From positions 1-64,000 of IMG/VR virus record IMGVR_UViG_3300005077_000010: a DNA stretch of 64,000 bases. One strand, given 5' to 3'. Made by a program: the position numbers and the translations under genes. The notes beneath the pieces are model-generated. The model was not told the origin of the DNA and did no database searches. It was given only the letters and a program-made list of their open reading frames with translations. This document shows, one piece after another, positions 16,960 to 26,699 of the stretch (positions are counted from its first letter, which is position 1; each line of letters starts with the position of its first letter). This DNA is from a virus.

Positions 16960-18212
16960 TATTTTTGTCCTCGATTAGGGTCAAATCCAATAGTAGTATT
17001 ACCGCTTTCAAAAATCGGATTTTGGTATTCATGAATTATACTATATAATTCAGCTAAAGTAAAACTTGTTTTATTTGGTAACTTTGATACATTGTAATCT
17101 TTAACCTTGGTAGTTAGCCACGTTATTGCTTGGTTTACATTAAATGTAGGAAACTCTAACGATTGTAAACACCTCCCTTGTCTTAAAAAAGCCGGGTCAA
17201 TACTTTCTATTTTTTCATTAGACGTAACTACAAAAAGAAGTCTTAATCCTGCTCCTAATAAACCATCAGTAATATTTAATAATCTTGAAACCGCCCCTCC
17301 TTCTTTATGAGAAGAATCAGTCATAATATAATTTAATCCGTCTTCAATAATAAATAACTTAAGTGGTGTATTTAATGTAGGTTGTGTATCTACGTCATCT
17401 TCGTCTTCTGGTGATTCTTGATATACATTATTATCTTGAGATGATAACGCACTAATAAAATAAGAAGAGTTGTGAATAAATGCTTCAGGATCAATAATAT
17501 AGTATATATTGGCTCTAGTTTTAAATTCTTGTGCTAATGCTCTTAACATATAGGTTTTACCAGTACCAGGAGATCCCCACCAAAAAATAAACTTTCCAAT
17601 TTCTTCTGGTTTATCTAAATTAATTAAGTAATCTAAATGGTTAACAATTAAAGGATAATTATCTTTAATTGTGCTAAATGCTGGGCAATAAATTTCTCTA
17701 GTTTCAACTGAAATTTGGCCGTTGTCAGCATACATAAATGTTATAGGTACAGAAGTATTTTCTAGAGGAACAACAGGGAAACATTTTTTTAAATGCCGAT
17801 TAAATCCTACAAATTTGCCTGTAATGTCTTCAATTTGTTCTTGGGAAGCTAAAGAAGAAAAGTATAATTCAAGATAAACTCGCCTTTTAAAAGCTGCAAC
17901 TTTTAATAATGCGGCATGACCAAATTTGTACCACGCATTTATTCTAGTAGGATTATTATTATCTAATTTTAGTCCTAGAAATTCACTATGAACTTTAGAT
18001 ATATTGAGGGCTTTAAACTGTTCAAATTGCTCAATAACATCTAGTATACGCGGCACCTCATAACCATGTCCTAGTGAAAGTGCCCCGCTTTTTATTTCAT
18101 GTGTTATAGTACAATTATGAGTGTTTAAAAATTGTAATGTCCCATAAATAGAATTATAATATGGCAGTTCATCACAACACATCTCAATATTATGTTTATT
18201 ATTGATGGTCAT
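16959..18212 (-). CDS. AAA+ ATPase
   Basis: GSPGTGKT Walker A, IIED Walker B, LLNITDGLLG, DPAFLRQGR. Confidence 0.9.
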   Translation of the reverse strand: MTINNKHNIEMCCDELPYYNSIYGTLQFLNTHNCTITHEIKSGALSLGHGYEVPRILDVIEQFEQFKALNISKVHSEFLGLKLDNNNPTRINAWYKFGHAALLKVAAFKRRVYLELYFSSLASQEQIEDITGKFVGFNRHLKKCFPVVPLENTSVPITFMYADNGQISVETREIYCPAFSTIKDNYPLIVNHLDYLINLDKPEEIGKFIFWWGSPGTGKTYMLRALAQEFKTRANIYYIIDPEAFIHNSSYFISALSSQDNNVYQESPEDEDDVDTQPTLNTPLKLFIIEDGLNYIMTDSSHKEGGAVSRLLNITDGLLGAGLRLLFVVTSNEKIESIDPAFLRQGRCLQSLEFPTFNVNQAITWLTTKVKDYNVSKLPNKTSFTLAELYSIIHEYQNPIFESGNTTIGFDPNRGQK

Positions 18213-18367
18213 TAATACTCCTTTTAAGTGATAAAGATAAAGGTAATGTAGAACAATCTAAATTAGTCACTATAAGTTTTGCAATAGTTTCTGGGGATTT
18301 ATTATAGTGTTTCTTGATAATTAATGAAATTTCTTCTGTTTTGGATTCTAAAAAAAGTTGTAAGGTC

Positions 18368-19186
18368 TTAGAGTTGAAGTGCATTATCTACTGTCTCCTT
18401 AGCAAAAAACGGGTATTCCCATTCTTCAGCTACTAATCGTTGAATATAATTTCTGTTTTCAGTAAAAATTGGAATATTATCATCCACAATCCATTTTGTT
18501 TCTGGTGGATGCGGGCCGGGAATATTTAAATCTGCTATTCTATTAACATGAAATCCTACTTTAATTACGCATCTACCTCGCTTTAAATATACAGGTAAAT
18601 CATTCCAGTTTAGTCCGCGTTCCTCAAATAATTTATTCTGTAACTGAGAACAATTTAAATTTTGCAGTGCATTATGTGGAAAATTAGCCTGTGCATAAGA
18701 TTGAATTGAGTTTCTTGTGGCATCTTGTTGGCGTTCAATAAAATAATTAACTACTTCGTCTTTAGGTAGATTAAATGCTTTACAATCAAAAGTAGCAAAA
18801 GGGTTAACATCATCTTTTGTGTTTTGTGCCCAGAAATGATTAAAATACACAGAAGTTTTAGCCGCAGAAGTACTAACGATTTTGTTTATTTTATTGTCAA
18901 ACCACGGCTGAGTTTGTAAAGTTGTATAATTATTAATTAGTATATTTATTTCATCACTTTGAATAAACGCTAATCTGGCATTTTGCACTATTTTTTGACA
19001 CAATGTTAATGCTGTTTTATCCATAACTAAATTAATATTGTTATCCCACGGTTTTGCACATTGTAGTTTTTGGGTTAGCATATGAAAATTTTGTCCATCA
19101 ATTCTTAAAATTACTGGAAGTCTAGGAATGAGGTAATGACAGGATACAGCTTCATATTTTCGCATTCGTTCTGATAAACTCTCCAT
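18368..19186 (-). CDS. thg1: tRNA(His) guanylyltransferase Thg1 / TLP family
   Basis: RMRKYE, ILRIDGxNFH, QSDEI, FD.K, RQQDATRNS, KRG. Confidence 0.92.
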   Translation of the reverse strand: MESLSERMRKYEAVSCHYLIPRLPVILRIDGQNFHMLTQKLQCAKPWDNNINLVMDKTALTLCQKIVQNARLAFIQSDEINILINNYTTLQTQPWFDNKINKIVSTSAAKTSVYFNHFWAQNTKDDVNPFATFDCKAFNLPKDEVVNYFIERQQDATRNSIQSYAQANFPHNALQNLNCSQLQNKLFEERGLNWNDLPVYLKRGRCVIKVGFHVNRIADLNIPGPHPPETKWIVDDNIPIFTENRNYIQRLVAEEWEYPFFAKETVDNALQL

Positions 19187-19407
19187 AATTAATCCTCATA
19201 ATTAGAATTTTGTTTATTAATTTTATCCGGTCCTTCGTATTTTCGTTTCTTTTTTAATTTATTATAACTAAATTTAATTATGGCTACTACAGGAATTAAT
19301 GTTGTAGATACATTCCAGCTTCCAACCGTAGAATTACTTTTATACCATTTATATAATTTAGTCAATTGGTTCATTATTTTAATTTCCAAGGACAAAATTT
19401 TATTAAT

Positions 19408-19830
19408 TTATTTAGCATTTTGCATTTCTTGAATAATTTCTTTTACTGTATTACCATCAGTGTTATTACCTAGCTGTTTAAGTACTACACCTACTGCTTG
19501 TAATGCATTTTTAAATTGAGAAAAATCTATATTTAAGGAAATCCACTCTTTAATCTGATCTTTTGATAGTTGTTGTGGGATATAAGAATTAATAACAGAA
19601 ATAAACTCTTGAGAAGATTGAGGATTTAAGCCGGTTTGAATTACCACATTTAGAGTTTCTTCTGTATTTTTACGCAGTTTCTTTAGTAGTGAAATAACTT
19701 CATCGTCATTAGGAGTTTTAGTATTAAGTCTTTGAATTTCTCCTAGGATTACTTTACGATGACTTAATCCTGTTTTATTTCCTAATTTTAAACAATTTTG
19801 TATATCAGTTTTTATTGTATCAATTAACAT
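19408..19830 (-). CDS. GatB/YqeY domain protein
   Basis: YqeY pattern (IK.DI...LK...LGEI...D.EVI...Y.PQQLS); true start 19830, since the track extension overlaps the tRNA. Confidence 0.8.
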   Translation of the reverse strand: MLIDTIKTDIQNCLKLGNKTGLSHRKVILGEIQRLNTKTPNDDEVISLLKKLRKNTEETLNVVIQTGLNPQSSQEFISVINSYIPQQLSKDQIKEWISLNIDFSQFKNALQAVGVVLKQLGNNTDGNTVKEIIQEMQNAK

Positions 19831-19848
19831 ATAATCTCCTTTTTTGTT

Positions 19849-19919
19849 TGGGGCGAGAAGGAGTCGAACCTTCAAGAACTCATTAAAAGTGAGCCATGAT
19901 ACCGTTTCATCACCGCCCC
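19849..19919 (-). tRNA. tRNA-Lys (UUU)
   Basis: GGGGCGG/UCGCCCC acceptor, AUGA/UCAU D-stem, GCUCA-CUUUUAA-UGAGU anticodon arm, GAAGG-UUCGACU-CCUUC T-arm. Confidence 0.92.
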
Positions 19920-20153
19920 TACATCATTTACCCATTTTTAATATCTTGTTCCATAATTGTGTCGTTATCTATTCTAATTCGTTGAGTTTTAATATTAGGT
20001 TTGGTTTTTGTTTCTTGTTCTTCTATCCACCAAATATTTCTAAAAGGATATTTAATTTTATGATCTTTACAGTGAACTATATACATGTTTCCATCAAATG
20101 TTAATCTTTGTACGTCTTCATGCTCAATTGGTTTAATATTAGCTCTAAAAAGT

Positions 20154-20978
20154 TTAACTCGTACTATCATAAAACTCCTCCAATACAAGTGTAAGAAGTT
20201 CTTTAATTTTATCCTGGTTTGTTTCTTTTCCCCAAGGTAGTGACGAATTATTATACAAGTTTTCTAATTGAAGTTCGCGGTCTTTAAATCTTTGGTGTAT
20301 TTCGCTTAAAGAATAAAATCCTTGACGTATTAATTTCAATTCCTCTTTGTTTTGTTGTAAATTTAATGACTGCCCTGTTAAAATTTGTTCACACTCATTT
20401 AATAATCTAAATATATGAAGGGCAAATTTAACATCATAACCAAATTTAGTAATCAGTTCTTTTCTTTCTTCGCTAACTCGTTCATCGGGGTTTGTTTTAA
20501 TTTTACGTAATTGACTATATGCGTACCCTTTAAACTTATGAAAACAACCTTTATGAAGAAACAAATGACGTTGTGATCTAACTTTTTTAAATAAAGAAGA
20601 ACAAATTAATACACAATTGTCAGGAGTAAACAATGAATCAATCATATTAGGATTATTGTCAAATACTAAACTAAAATATTTTGTTATGCTGTATATGACA
20701 ACATCTAAGTGGTCTTTTTTTTGGCCTTTCTTAAATTGTACTTGGAATTGATTAAATGTAGGGAATATATCAAACCCATAAATATAACCAAACATACTAG
20801 GATAAACATATTCTTTAGGAGGAATAGTGACAGCATATATATCGGTATCGCTATTTTCGTGATTAATGCCATAAGACTGACTCCCCATAATTGTCATATA
20901 TTGAAGATTATCTAAAATCCATTCTTGTCCTGGTGTAATAACCTCTTTAATTTTTTGTACGATTGTGTCTTTATTCAT
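20154..20978 (-). CDS. Pol-beta-superfamily nucleotidyltransferase (RlaP/NrdC.11-like)
   Basis: GSQSYG...SDTD, NPNMIDSLF, FKGYAYSQ, YDVKFALH.FRL. Confidence 0.85.
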   Translation of the reverse strand: MNKDTIVQKIKEVITPGQEWILDNLQYMTIMGSQSYGINHENSDTDIYAVTIPPKEYVYPSMFGYIYGFDIFPTFNQFQVQFKKGQKKDHLDVVIYSITKYFSLVFDNNPNMIDSLFTPDNCVLICSSLFKKVRSQRHLFLHKGCFHKFKGYAYSQLRKIKTNPDERVSEERKELITKFGYDVKFALHIFRLLNECEQILTGQSLNLQQNKEELKLIRQGFYSLSEIHQRFKDRELQLENLYNNSSLPWGKETNQDKIKELLTLVLEEFYDSTS

Positions 20979-21009
20979 AATTACTATCCTTTCTATATTC
21001 AAAAAATAA

Positions 21010-21142
21010 GGAGAGGATTAAAGGGAAGCAGTATACATGATATCCTAAAGGCTAAACTAGGAGTGATTCTTAATAACTCTTCCTAAATAAGTTATATAGG
21101 TAAAGGAGGTTAAACCCTATATATTATACTTTAATCCTCTCC
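21010..21142 (-). ncRNA. structured intergenic element closed by a 14-bp perfect stem, immediately downstream of Ro60
   Basis: GGAGAGGATTAAAG/CTTTAATCCTCTCC; internal UAUAUAGG/CCUAUAUA hairpin; U-tract after the stem. Confidence 0.55.
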
Positions 21143-21148
21143 AAACCA

Positions 21149-22750
21149 CTAAAAACTATTATTAATAAATTGGTTAATTACAATAGGAATATCAGAACTT
21201 AATCCGGCAATATCTAACATTCCAGCATCATTAGGGTCAGCTATCGTAAATTTAGTTGATGTAAATGCCACCACAATCAATTTGGCATCAGGATTTACTG
21301 CACTTCTATATTGCTGAAGTGCTTGGTAGGGATGCGTTTTACCACACCAAGTTTCATTGTCAGTATAAATAATAAATGTATCATACTTAATATTATGTTT
21401 ACGCGCATAAAGCATAGGAAGCGCACAATCAGTACTTCCAAACCCCATACGAATAGCGATTGTACATGCATCCTCTAATCTAGTAGAAGGAGTAATAGGT
21501 AAAGGTTTAAACTGATGACTAAAAGCGTAAATAGCATAATTAGGTTCAGTATTAGCTGTTACAAGAGCCATTGCCGCCGCCGCTTCTATAGGCGTAATAA
21601 TATTTTGGTAGCTATCAGCAAAAGTCATAGAAGAAGAAACGTCTACTGCAAGCATAAGCTTTTTATTAGTAGGCTCTACTGTTTTAAATGCCAAATAAAA
21701 CGCCTTATCTAAAGCGTCCATAACTCTAGTAACAGGCGTCCATGTTAATTGGCCTTTAAATCCTCTACCTTGTGCATATGTTTTAGCCGCGACCAGAATT
21801 CCCATAGGATGAATTCTGGCAGTCTTTAAATAGTCTACATTTGTAAGTTTACTTTCAATTTTACTAATTAAGTCTAAACTATCATTAGTAAGAATTTCCA
21901 TACTAGAGAGCTTACCCAAATTACGAATTAAGGCTGTAAGAGGCATATTTTGCGCTAATGCTTCGTACACCACCTTATCGTTTTTAAACTTAGTAGGAAT
22001 CATTTCGTGAGTAAGCTTGTATTCATCTATCATTTTAGCTACTTTTTGTGGTGTAATAGTCTTATCTGCTAAAAGCCGCTTATATGCATCTAAAAGACGA
22101 ATACCTGTATCAGAATTAACTTTCTTTCGATCTGTACACCATTGATACAGATAACTATAATGGTAGTTTTTTGGCTTTACATGAATAATTCTAAGAGCAT
22201 CAGCCTGTGTCCACTTATCTCTATTTTGGTATTTAATCATTTGGTAAGCTAGATCGTCTACTGGCTTATTGTACCAAGCATTCATAATTTTTTTTACGCG
22301 CTTATTCCATTTACACAGCGTATTAACATAATTAGTAAATGTAAGATGGTGTGTGCCTGTTCTTACTATCATATTAATAGTAGAATGAGGGATGGTTTCA
22401 TTTTTTGGCAGATTAGCAATTACAACAGCAAGAGCAAATAAAGTTGGTTCTTGCTTATGCGCTAGTCCATTATAAGACACATCAATAATTTCATTTAATA
22501 CTCGTGCATAATCTTCTTTAATACACTCTTCTACACACTTAGTATTATTAAAAGCATGTGTAGTTTTATTTACATAATAAGTTCCAGATTCAGCACCAAG
22601 AATAAGAAATCTGCGTAGTTGCTGCCATTTAGAGATTTGAAATACAAAACCTCCAGCATTATTTTCTACTTGGTCTTCACGGGCTTTGTCAGTTTGAAGG
22701 GTATTGTCTAAATTGTGGTTGTAAATAGCAGCATAATTAATCTTATTCAT
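21149..22750 (-). CDS. rsr: Ro60/TROVE domain RNA-binding protein (Rsr)
   Basis: NNAGGFVF, RRFLILG..GTYY, KYQNR, ALIRNL, vWA DVSSSM and TDNETW; start 22750 after AAGGAG. Confidence 0.95.
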   Translation of the reverse strand: MNKINYAAIYNHNLDNTLQTDKAREDQVENNAGGFVFQISKWQQLRRFLILGAESGTYYVNKTTHAFNNTKCVEECIKEDYARVLNEIIDVSYNGLAHKQEPTLFALAVVIANLPKNETIPHSTINMIVRTGTHHLTFTNYVNTLCKWNKRVKKIMNAWYNKPVDDLAYQMIKYQNRDKWTQADALRIIHVKPKNYHYSYLYQWCTDRKKVNSDTGIRLLDAYKRLLADKTITPQKVAKMIDEYKLTHEMIPTKFKNDKVVYEALAQNMPLTALIRNLGKLSSMEILTNDSLDLISKIESKLTNVDYLKTARIHPMGILVAAKTYAQGRGFKGQLTWTPVTRVMDALDKAFYLAFKTVEPTNKKLMLAVDVSSSMTFADSYQNIITPIEAAAAMALVTANTEPNYAIYAFSHQFKPLPITPSTRLEDACTIAIRMGFGSTDCALPMLYARKHNIKYDTFIIYTDNETWCGKTHPYQALQQYRSAVNPDAKLIVVAFTSTKFTIADPNDAGMLDIAGLSSDIPIVINQFINNSF

Positions 22751-22787
22751 GGCGGTTCTCCTTATTAAATTAAGGTTGAACAAATAT

Positions 22788-22906
22788 TTGGACAAAATCG
22801 TTAAAGGAAAATATCTGCCTCGTTATCAAGAGGCAGATAGGATGGGCAAGTGTCACAGTAAGCCCATATCATTAGTATTATAGGTAATCCTTTAACAGCG
22901 GTCCAA
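22788..22906 (-). ncRNA. Y RNA-like ncRNA 1 (~119 nt)
   Basis: UUGGAC-CGCU-GUUAAAGGA-UUACC...UCCUUUAAC-GAUUUU-GUCCAA; two internal hairpins; directly upstream of Ro60. Confidence 0.8.
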
Positions 22907-22922
22907 GATTTCTTAAAATAAA

Positions 22923-23000
22923 TTAGAGCTAAATTGATAAACGCGGAAAATCACAGTTAAATTTCAAGTTTAAGGGATAAGCGTTTAACAGCGGCTCTAA
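22923..23000 (-). ncRNA. Y RNA-like ncRNA 2 (~78 nt) with anticodon-like arm (UGA)
   Basis: UUAGAGC-CGCU-GUUAAACGC-UUAUC...GCUCUAA; internal UUAAA-CUUGAAA-UUUAA. Confidence 0.8.
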
Positions 23001-23003
23001 GTT

Positions 23004-25352
23004 TTATCTCCATTTACAATTATTATAAATACTATTTTTATTTATTCTTTTTACATATTTTGATACAAGTAATAGCATTTCAATTATTACTTCTTCAGTT
23101 AAGAAATTAGGTTTTAGTCCTAAGTCAAATAGTGAAGTATATTCGGGTTCATAAAATTTAACATCTTCGTTTTCTACTCTAGGATTTGGAGTATTTTGAC
23201 TTTTTATTTGAAGTCCTATTTTCTCCCCTGCACTTATTATTTTATGTGCAAGTTCATTAACATTAAAGGTTTCTGTCATTTGATGATAAATTTTTAATTC
23301 TTTAGCATTAATAGGGTTTGTTGCAAATAAATAAACGCTCTGTAATGAGTCATTCAAATTAATATATCCGCGTTGTTGTCCTCCTTTACCATAAATAGTA
23401 AGAGGATAACCACAAACTGCCTGAACAATAAATCTGTTGACGCAATTATGTACAATAAGCCCATCTACTAAATAAGTATTATCGTTTTCTACTTCTAAGT
23501 TATAAACAGTAATGTTTTGGCTTTTTATGCGGTTGACTCCAAGTATTTTATAAGCAACATATACATTGTCGTCATGCAAATTTTTAGCGCTATAAGATTC
23601 ATTATTTATAGTAGTAATAAACTTATTAAGGTATTTTTTGGGAATTTGTAGTTGGTGGTCATCAAAAATACCATTTATTTTATGTGTTTTGAACTCACAA
23701 AGAATATGCCTCTTACGGCTAAATAATGTTGTCGGTATCCCCCAGCCAATTAAAATTGTTTTAATTTGCTGTAGTAGTTGTTTATTACACGAACAAAAAG
23801 AACCTGCTGTAAGAGATTTACTTAGCCATCCATCACCTTTAAAATACCCATAAACAAGCCCTGTAGTCACTTTTAGTCTAATTAGTCTTTTATCGATACG
23901 TTTGTGCTTTGCATGTTGTCCACACAATTTAATTAATAGCTGCGTTAGTATTATTGAATTAACTATAATACGACAACAATTGTCCGTATATTTAAGAGTA
24001 GGCATTAATCCAAATTGGGATTTAATTATATTACACGCATCTTCAATTAAGTCATCTTCATGTGCGTTAAATGATAGAGAAATTCGGTATTTTGTTGCAT
24101 CTCCTTCGGCTAAATAATATCCTAATAACCGTGCAACGTCACCATTAATATTAATATACTCATTAATGCCCACGCCACCTTTTGCGTTTTGGGACATCGC
24201 ATTTTGGGGATACACTTTACCCTGGTGTACGTACAAATTTAAATGTTTTAACTCCTCTTTAAGATCTAAAACTAGTTCTGGTTGAGAAACAAATGTAGGA
24301 GCATACAAAAAGTATTCTTTAGTAGACCCGTTAATTAGTTTGTGTATTTCTTCACTTGTTTTCCATCCTAATTGCCTTATCTCTACATTTTGTCCTTTTC
24401 CGTTTCTATATAGCTCCCCAAGTAAAAATGGGTGTTCTTTTGTAGCTGTTATAGGTGTTTGCCCACGGTATTTAATTTGGAATTCATATAAATCTCCGGT
24501 GTATTCTTTTTTAAAAGAATAAGAAACTTTTTGGGGTCTTCCTTTATCAGTTATAACTAAATCGCCTATCTTAATATTTTGTATGCTTTGAAGCGTCCCG
24601 TCTGCCATTGTAATAGGCGTATCTTTTGTAAAACATGTTCCGTAATGTTCCCCGTAATAAAAAGCTGTAAATAAATTTTCATCTTTTTCCATTTCATCAG
24701 TTATAGCACCTACAACTGGACCTTGCATACTATCATAAGCTTTCAATCCAAAAGTACGACAAAAAAACCAAATTAAATCTGTATCCATAATTTTAGTCAT
24801 GTGATATACGCTTGGCCCTTCCCTTGGATATAGCCTACGATCTTTTCTTCCTTTATATTCGTATTCTAAAAACCCATCTGCTGGAATTGCTGTATTAGGA
24901 CACGTGAACTCACCGCTTGTGCCCAACTTAATTAGTACAATGTTTCTATCAATTTCTTTTATTGCTTCTAATAAATTATATGTCCCAATTAAATTATTTG
25001 TTATTGTGCGCCTTCCATTTTCATAGTTGAACATACTCCAAGGTGAAGAAGGTTGTTCAGCATAATGCAATATTACAGTAGGTTTGAATTCCTCAATCAC
25101 AGAATATAAAAATTTATAGTTAGTTATATCCCCAATTTTACATTCCATTTTATTACTATCGTGTTTATTATTCCAGTATCTAACTTTTTCTGGTAAAGTT
25201 TTAATTGGAAATAGCGGTTCTTCATTTACTTCTAATGCAAATTTACGTTTTATATAATTGTCTATTCCTAATACTGTATGTCCTCTTTTAGAAAAATACA
25301 TCATCGCGGGCCAGCCTATATATCCATCAGCCCCAAGTATTAAAACATTCAT
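23004..25352 (-). CDS. sqdB: UDP-sulfoquinovose synthase (SqdB/Agl3 SDR family), intein-containing
   Basis: GADGYIGWP, HYAEQPSSPWS, KLGTSGEF, YHMTK, QGPV.G, GT|C.NRF.VQA, YGKGGQQRG, NPR.E; 385-aa extein. Confidence 0.88.
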   Translation of the reverse strand: MNVLILGADGYIGWPAMMYFSKRGHTVLGIDNYIKRKFALEVNEEPLFPIKTLPEKVRYWNNKHDSNKMECKIGDITNYKFLYSVIEEFKPTVILHYAEQPSSPWSMFNYENGRRTITNNLIGTYNLLEAIKEIDRNIVLIKLGTSGEFTCPNTAIPADGFLEYEYKGRKDRRLYPREGPSVYHMTKIMDTDLIWFFCRTFGLKAYDSMQGPVVGAITDEMEKDENLFTAFYYGEHYGTCFTKDTPITMADGTLQSIQNIKIGDLVITDKGRPQKVSYSFKKEYTGDLYEFQIKYRGQTPITATKEHPFLLGELYRNGKGQNVEIRQLGWKTSEEIHKLINGSTKEYFLYAPTFVSQPELVLDLKEELKHLNLYVHQGKVYPQNAMSQNAKGGVGINEYININGDVARLLGYYLAEGDATKYRISLSFNAHEDDLIEDACNIIKSQFGLMPTLKYTDNCCRIIVNSIILTQLLIKLCGQHAKHKRIDKRLIRLKVTTGLVYGYFKGDGWLSKSLTAGSFCSCNKQLLQQIKTILIGWGIPTTLFSRKRHILCEFKTHKINGIFDDHQLQIPKKYLNKFITTINNESYSAKNLHDDNVYVAYKILGVNRIKSQNITVYNLEVENDNTYLVDGLIVHNCVNRFIVQAVCGYPLTIYGKGGQQRGYINLNDSLQSVYLFATNPINAKELKIYHQMTETFNVNELAHKIISAGEKIGLQIKSQNTPNPRVENEDVKFYEPEYTSLFDLGLKPNFLTEEVIIEMLLLVSKYVKRINKNSIYNNCKWR
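23445..24635 (-). mobile_element. intein with LAGLIDADG homing endonuclease in sqdB (397 aa)
   Basis: CFTKDTPI...ATKEHPF...LLGYYLAEGD...GYFKGDG...VYNLEV...VHN|C. Confidence 0.95.
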
Positions 25353-25394
25353 CCTTTACTACCCCTCATTTACACCATTAATTACAATATATAA

Positions 25395-25423
25395 AAGGTA
25401 GCACAAGATTTTTATTTTGTCAA
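25395..25423 (-). promoter_or_regulatory. sigma70 promoter upstream of sqdB, Y RNAs and Ro60
   Basis: TTGACA-17-TACCTT with TG extension. Confidence 0.6.
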
Positions 25424-25431
25424 GTAAATAA

Positions 25432-26214
25432 TTATAATTTTAATCCGCAGTTAGGACAGAATTTATTATGATATTTCTGTTTCGCTCCACACCTAGGACA
25501 ATATTTAGGCTGATTTACTGTTACAGAGTTAGCAAACGGCATTAATTGTAACTGTAAAATAGTTTCTGTGGCGAAATCTTTATAAACCTTAGTTGTTTCT
25601 GTGAATTGCTGCTGGGATTTATCACCTTCGATTGTAGCACCAGGACTAATAGATCTAGTTATGCCTTTTGATGGTGAAGTACATGAATTAGAACAGTAAG
25701 TACTATTTATATTAAATTCTGATTTGTAACCATCATTAGTATTAGTATTATCATTATATACATAATAAGGATAATATTCCCACATATTAGGATAATAAGG
25801 ATAATATTCCCACGTATTAGGATAACTAATTATATAATCAGGAATAATTGGATATTGAACTCGTTCTAACCAAAAGGTAACTTTAATTATTCCATTTTCT
25901 TTATTAGTTGGATCTGAGACATTAGGATGATATTTTTCTACAAATTTGAATTTTCTACCTTGAGTTAAATTGCCATCCAAAATAAATCGTTCAATTATAG
26001 CGGTTGAATTTGCGTTAATTTGAAATTCCTGACTGCCTGAAATATACATACCGTCAATTTCAATATTAGCAATTGCTTTACGATATTTATTAAGATTTTT
26101 AATAAGTAGTTGATATTCTGAGTTAAATGGAAGAAATACTTGTTTATTTTTATTTTCTCTAAGAATCTTACCGTTATGTTTTACAGCCAAGACAAAGTTA
26201 TTCGAATGCATCAT
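25432..26214 (-). CDS. conserved phage protein with C-terminal zinc ribbon
   Basis: LPFNSEY.L.IKN; CPRCG...FCPNCG. Confidence 0.8.
   Translation of the reverse strand: MMHSNNFVLAVKHNGKILRENKNKQVFLPFNSEYQLLIKNLNKYRKAIANIEIDGMYISGSQEFQINANSTAIIERFILDGNLTQGRKFKFVEKYHPNVSDPTNKENGIIKVTFWLERVQYPIIPDYIISYPNTWEYYPYYPNMWEYYPYYVYNDNTNTNDGYKSEFNINSTYCSNSCTSPSKGITRSISPGATIEGDKSQQQFTETTKVYKDFATETILQLQLMPFANSVTVNQPKYCPRCGAKQKYHNKFCPNCGLKL
25762..25825. repeat. 30-bp tandem duplication (YPNxWEYYPY x2)
   Basis: two copies with one mismatch. Confidence 0.9.
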
Positions 26215-26275
26215 AATACCCTCCTATAGCTTTACGGCTAGAAGCTAAATTTATTTAAAGCCGTAATGGGTTAAA

Positions 26276-26590
26276 TTATGAAAGATACTCAATATCTTTA
26301 GATGGGGCAATAGGTAAATGAAATCTCCAGTTTGCTCCACATCCTGCAATACACCTAATTACAATTACGATAAAATGGTGTTTGCATTCAAAATATTGCT
26401 CTTTCATATATACTGGTTTTCGGCACTCTTTACAAAATAAAACAGCACCGCCAGCAAATCTTTTATCATCTTTAACTAAGTAAAATTTTTCAAATATTGT
26501 CGGGTCATAATATGTAGGTATTTGAGATACTGTATCATAATCTTCAAATTCTGTTTTACAATTACCTATATTAAGATCATGATCGCACAT
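26276..26590 (-). CDS. Cys-rich hypothetical protein
   Basis: GGAG RBS; CxxC motifs. Confidence 0.65.
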   Translation of the reverse strand: MCDHDLNIGNCKTEFEDYDTVSQIPTYYDPTIFEKFYLVKDDKRFAGGAVLFCKECRKPVYMKEQYFECKHHFIVIVIRCIAGCGANWRFHLPIAPSKDIEYLS

Positions 26591-26608
26591 AGAATCTCCA
26601 ATAAGAGA

Positions 26609-26690
26609 TTTAGGACAAAATTTATATTAGCATAAGTTTACGTCACAGATTATAAGTCTATTGTAGATAAGCTAATATTGCGGTCCTAAA
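26609..26690 (-). ncRNA. Y RNA-like ncRNA 3 (~82 nt) with anticodon-like arm (UAU)
   Basis: UUUAGGAC-CGCA-AUAUUAGC-UUAUC...GCUAAUAU-AAAUUUU-GUCCUAAA; internal AUAGA-CUUAUAA-UCUGU. Confidence 0.8.
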
Positions 26691-26699
26691 ATATTAAAA

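Noticed and set aside
22751-22795. Ro60 start at 22795
   Set aside because: It overlaps Y-like RNA 1; the AAGGAG RBS supports ATG at 22750
22788-23000. Y-like elements as terminators or true tRNAs
   Set aside because: They have long interrupted stems with conserved unpaired motifs, no GC hairpin plus U-tract, and no D/T arms or acceptor end
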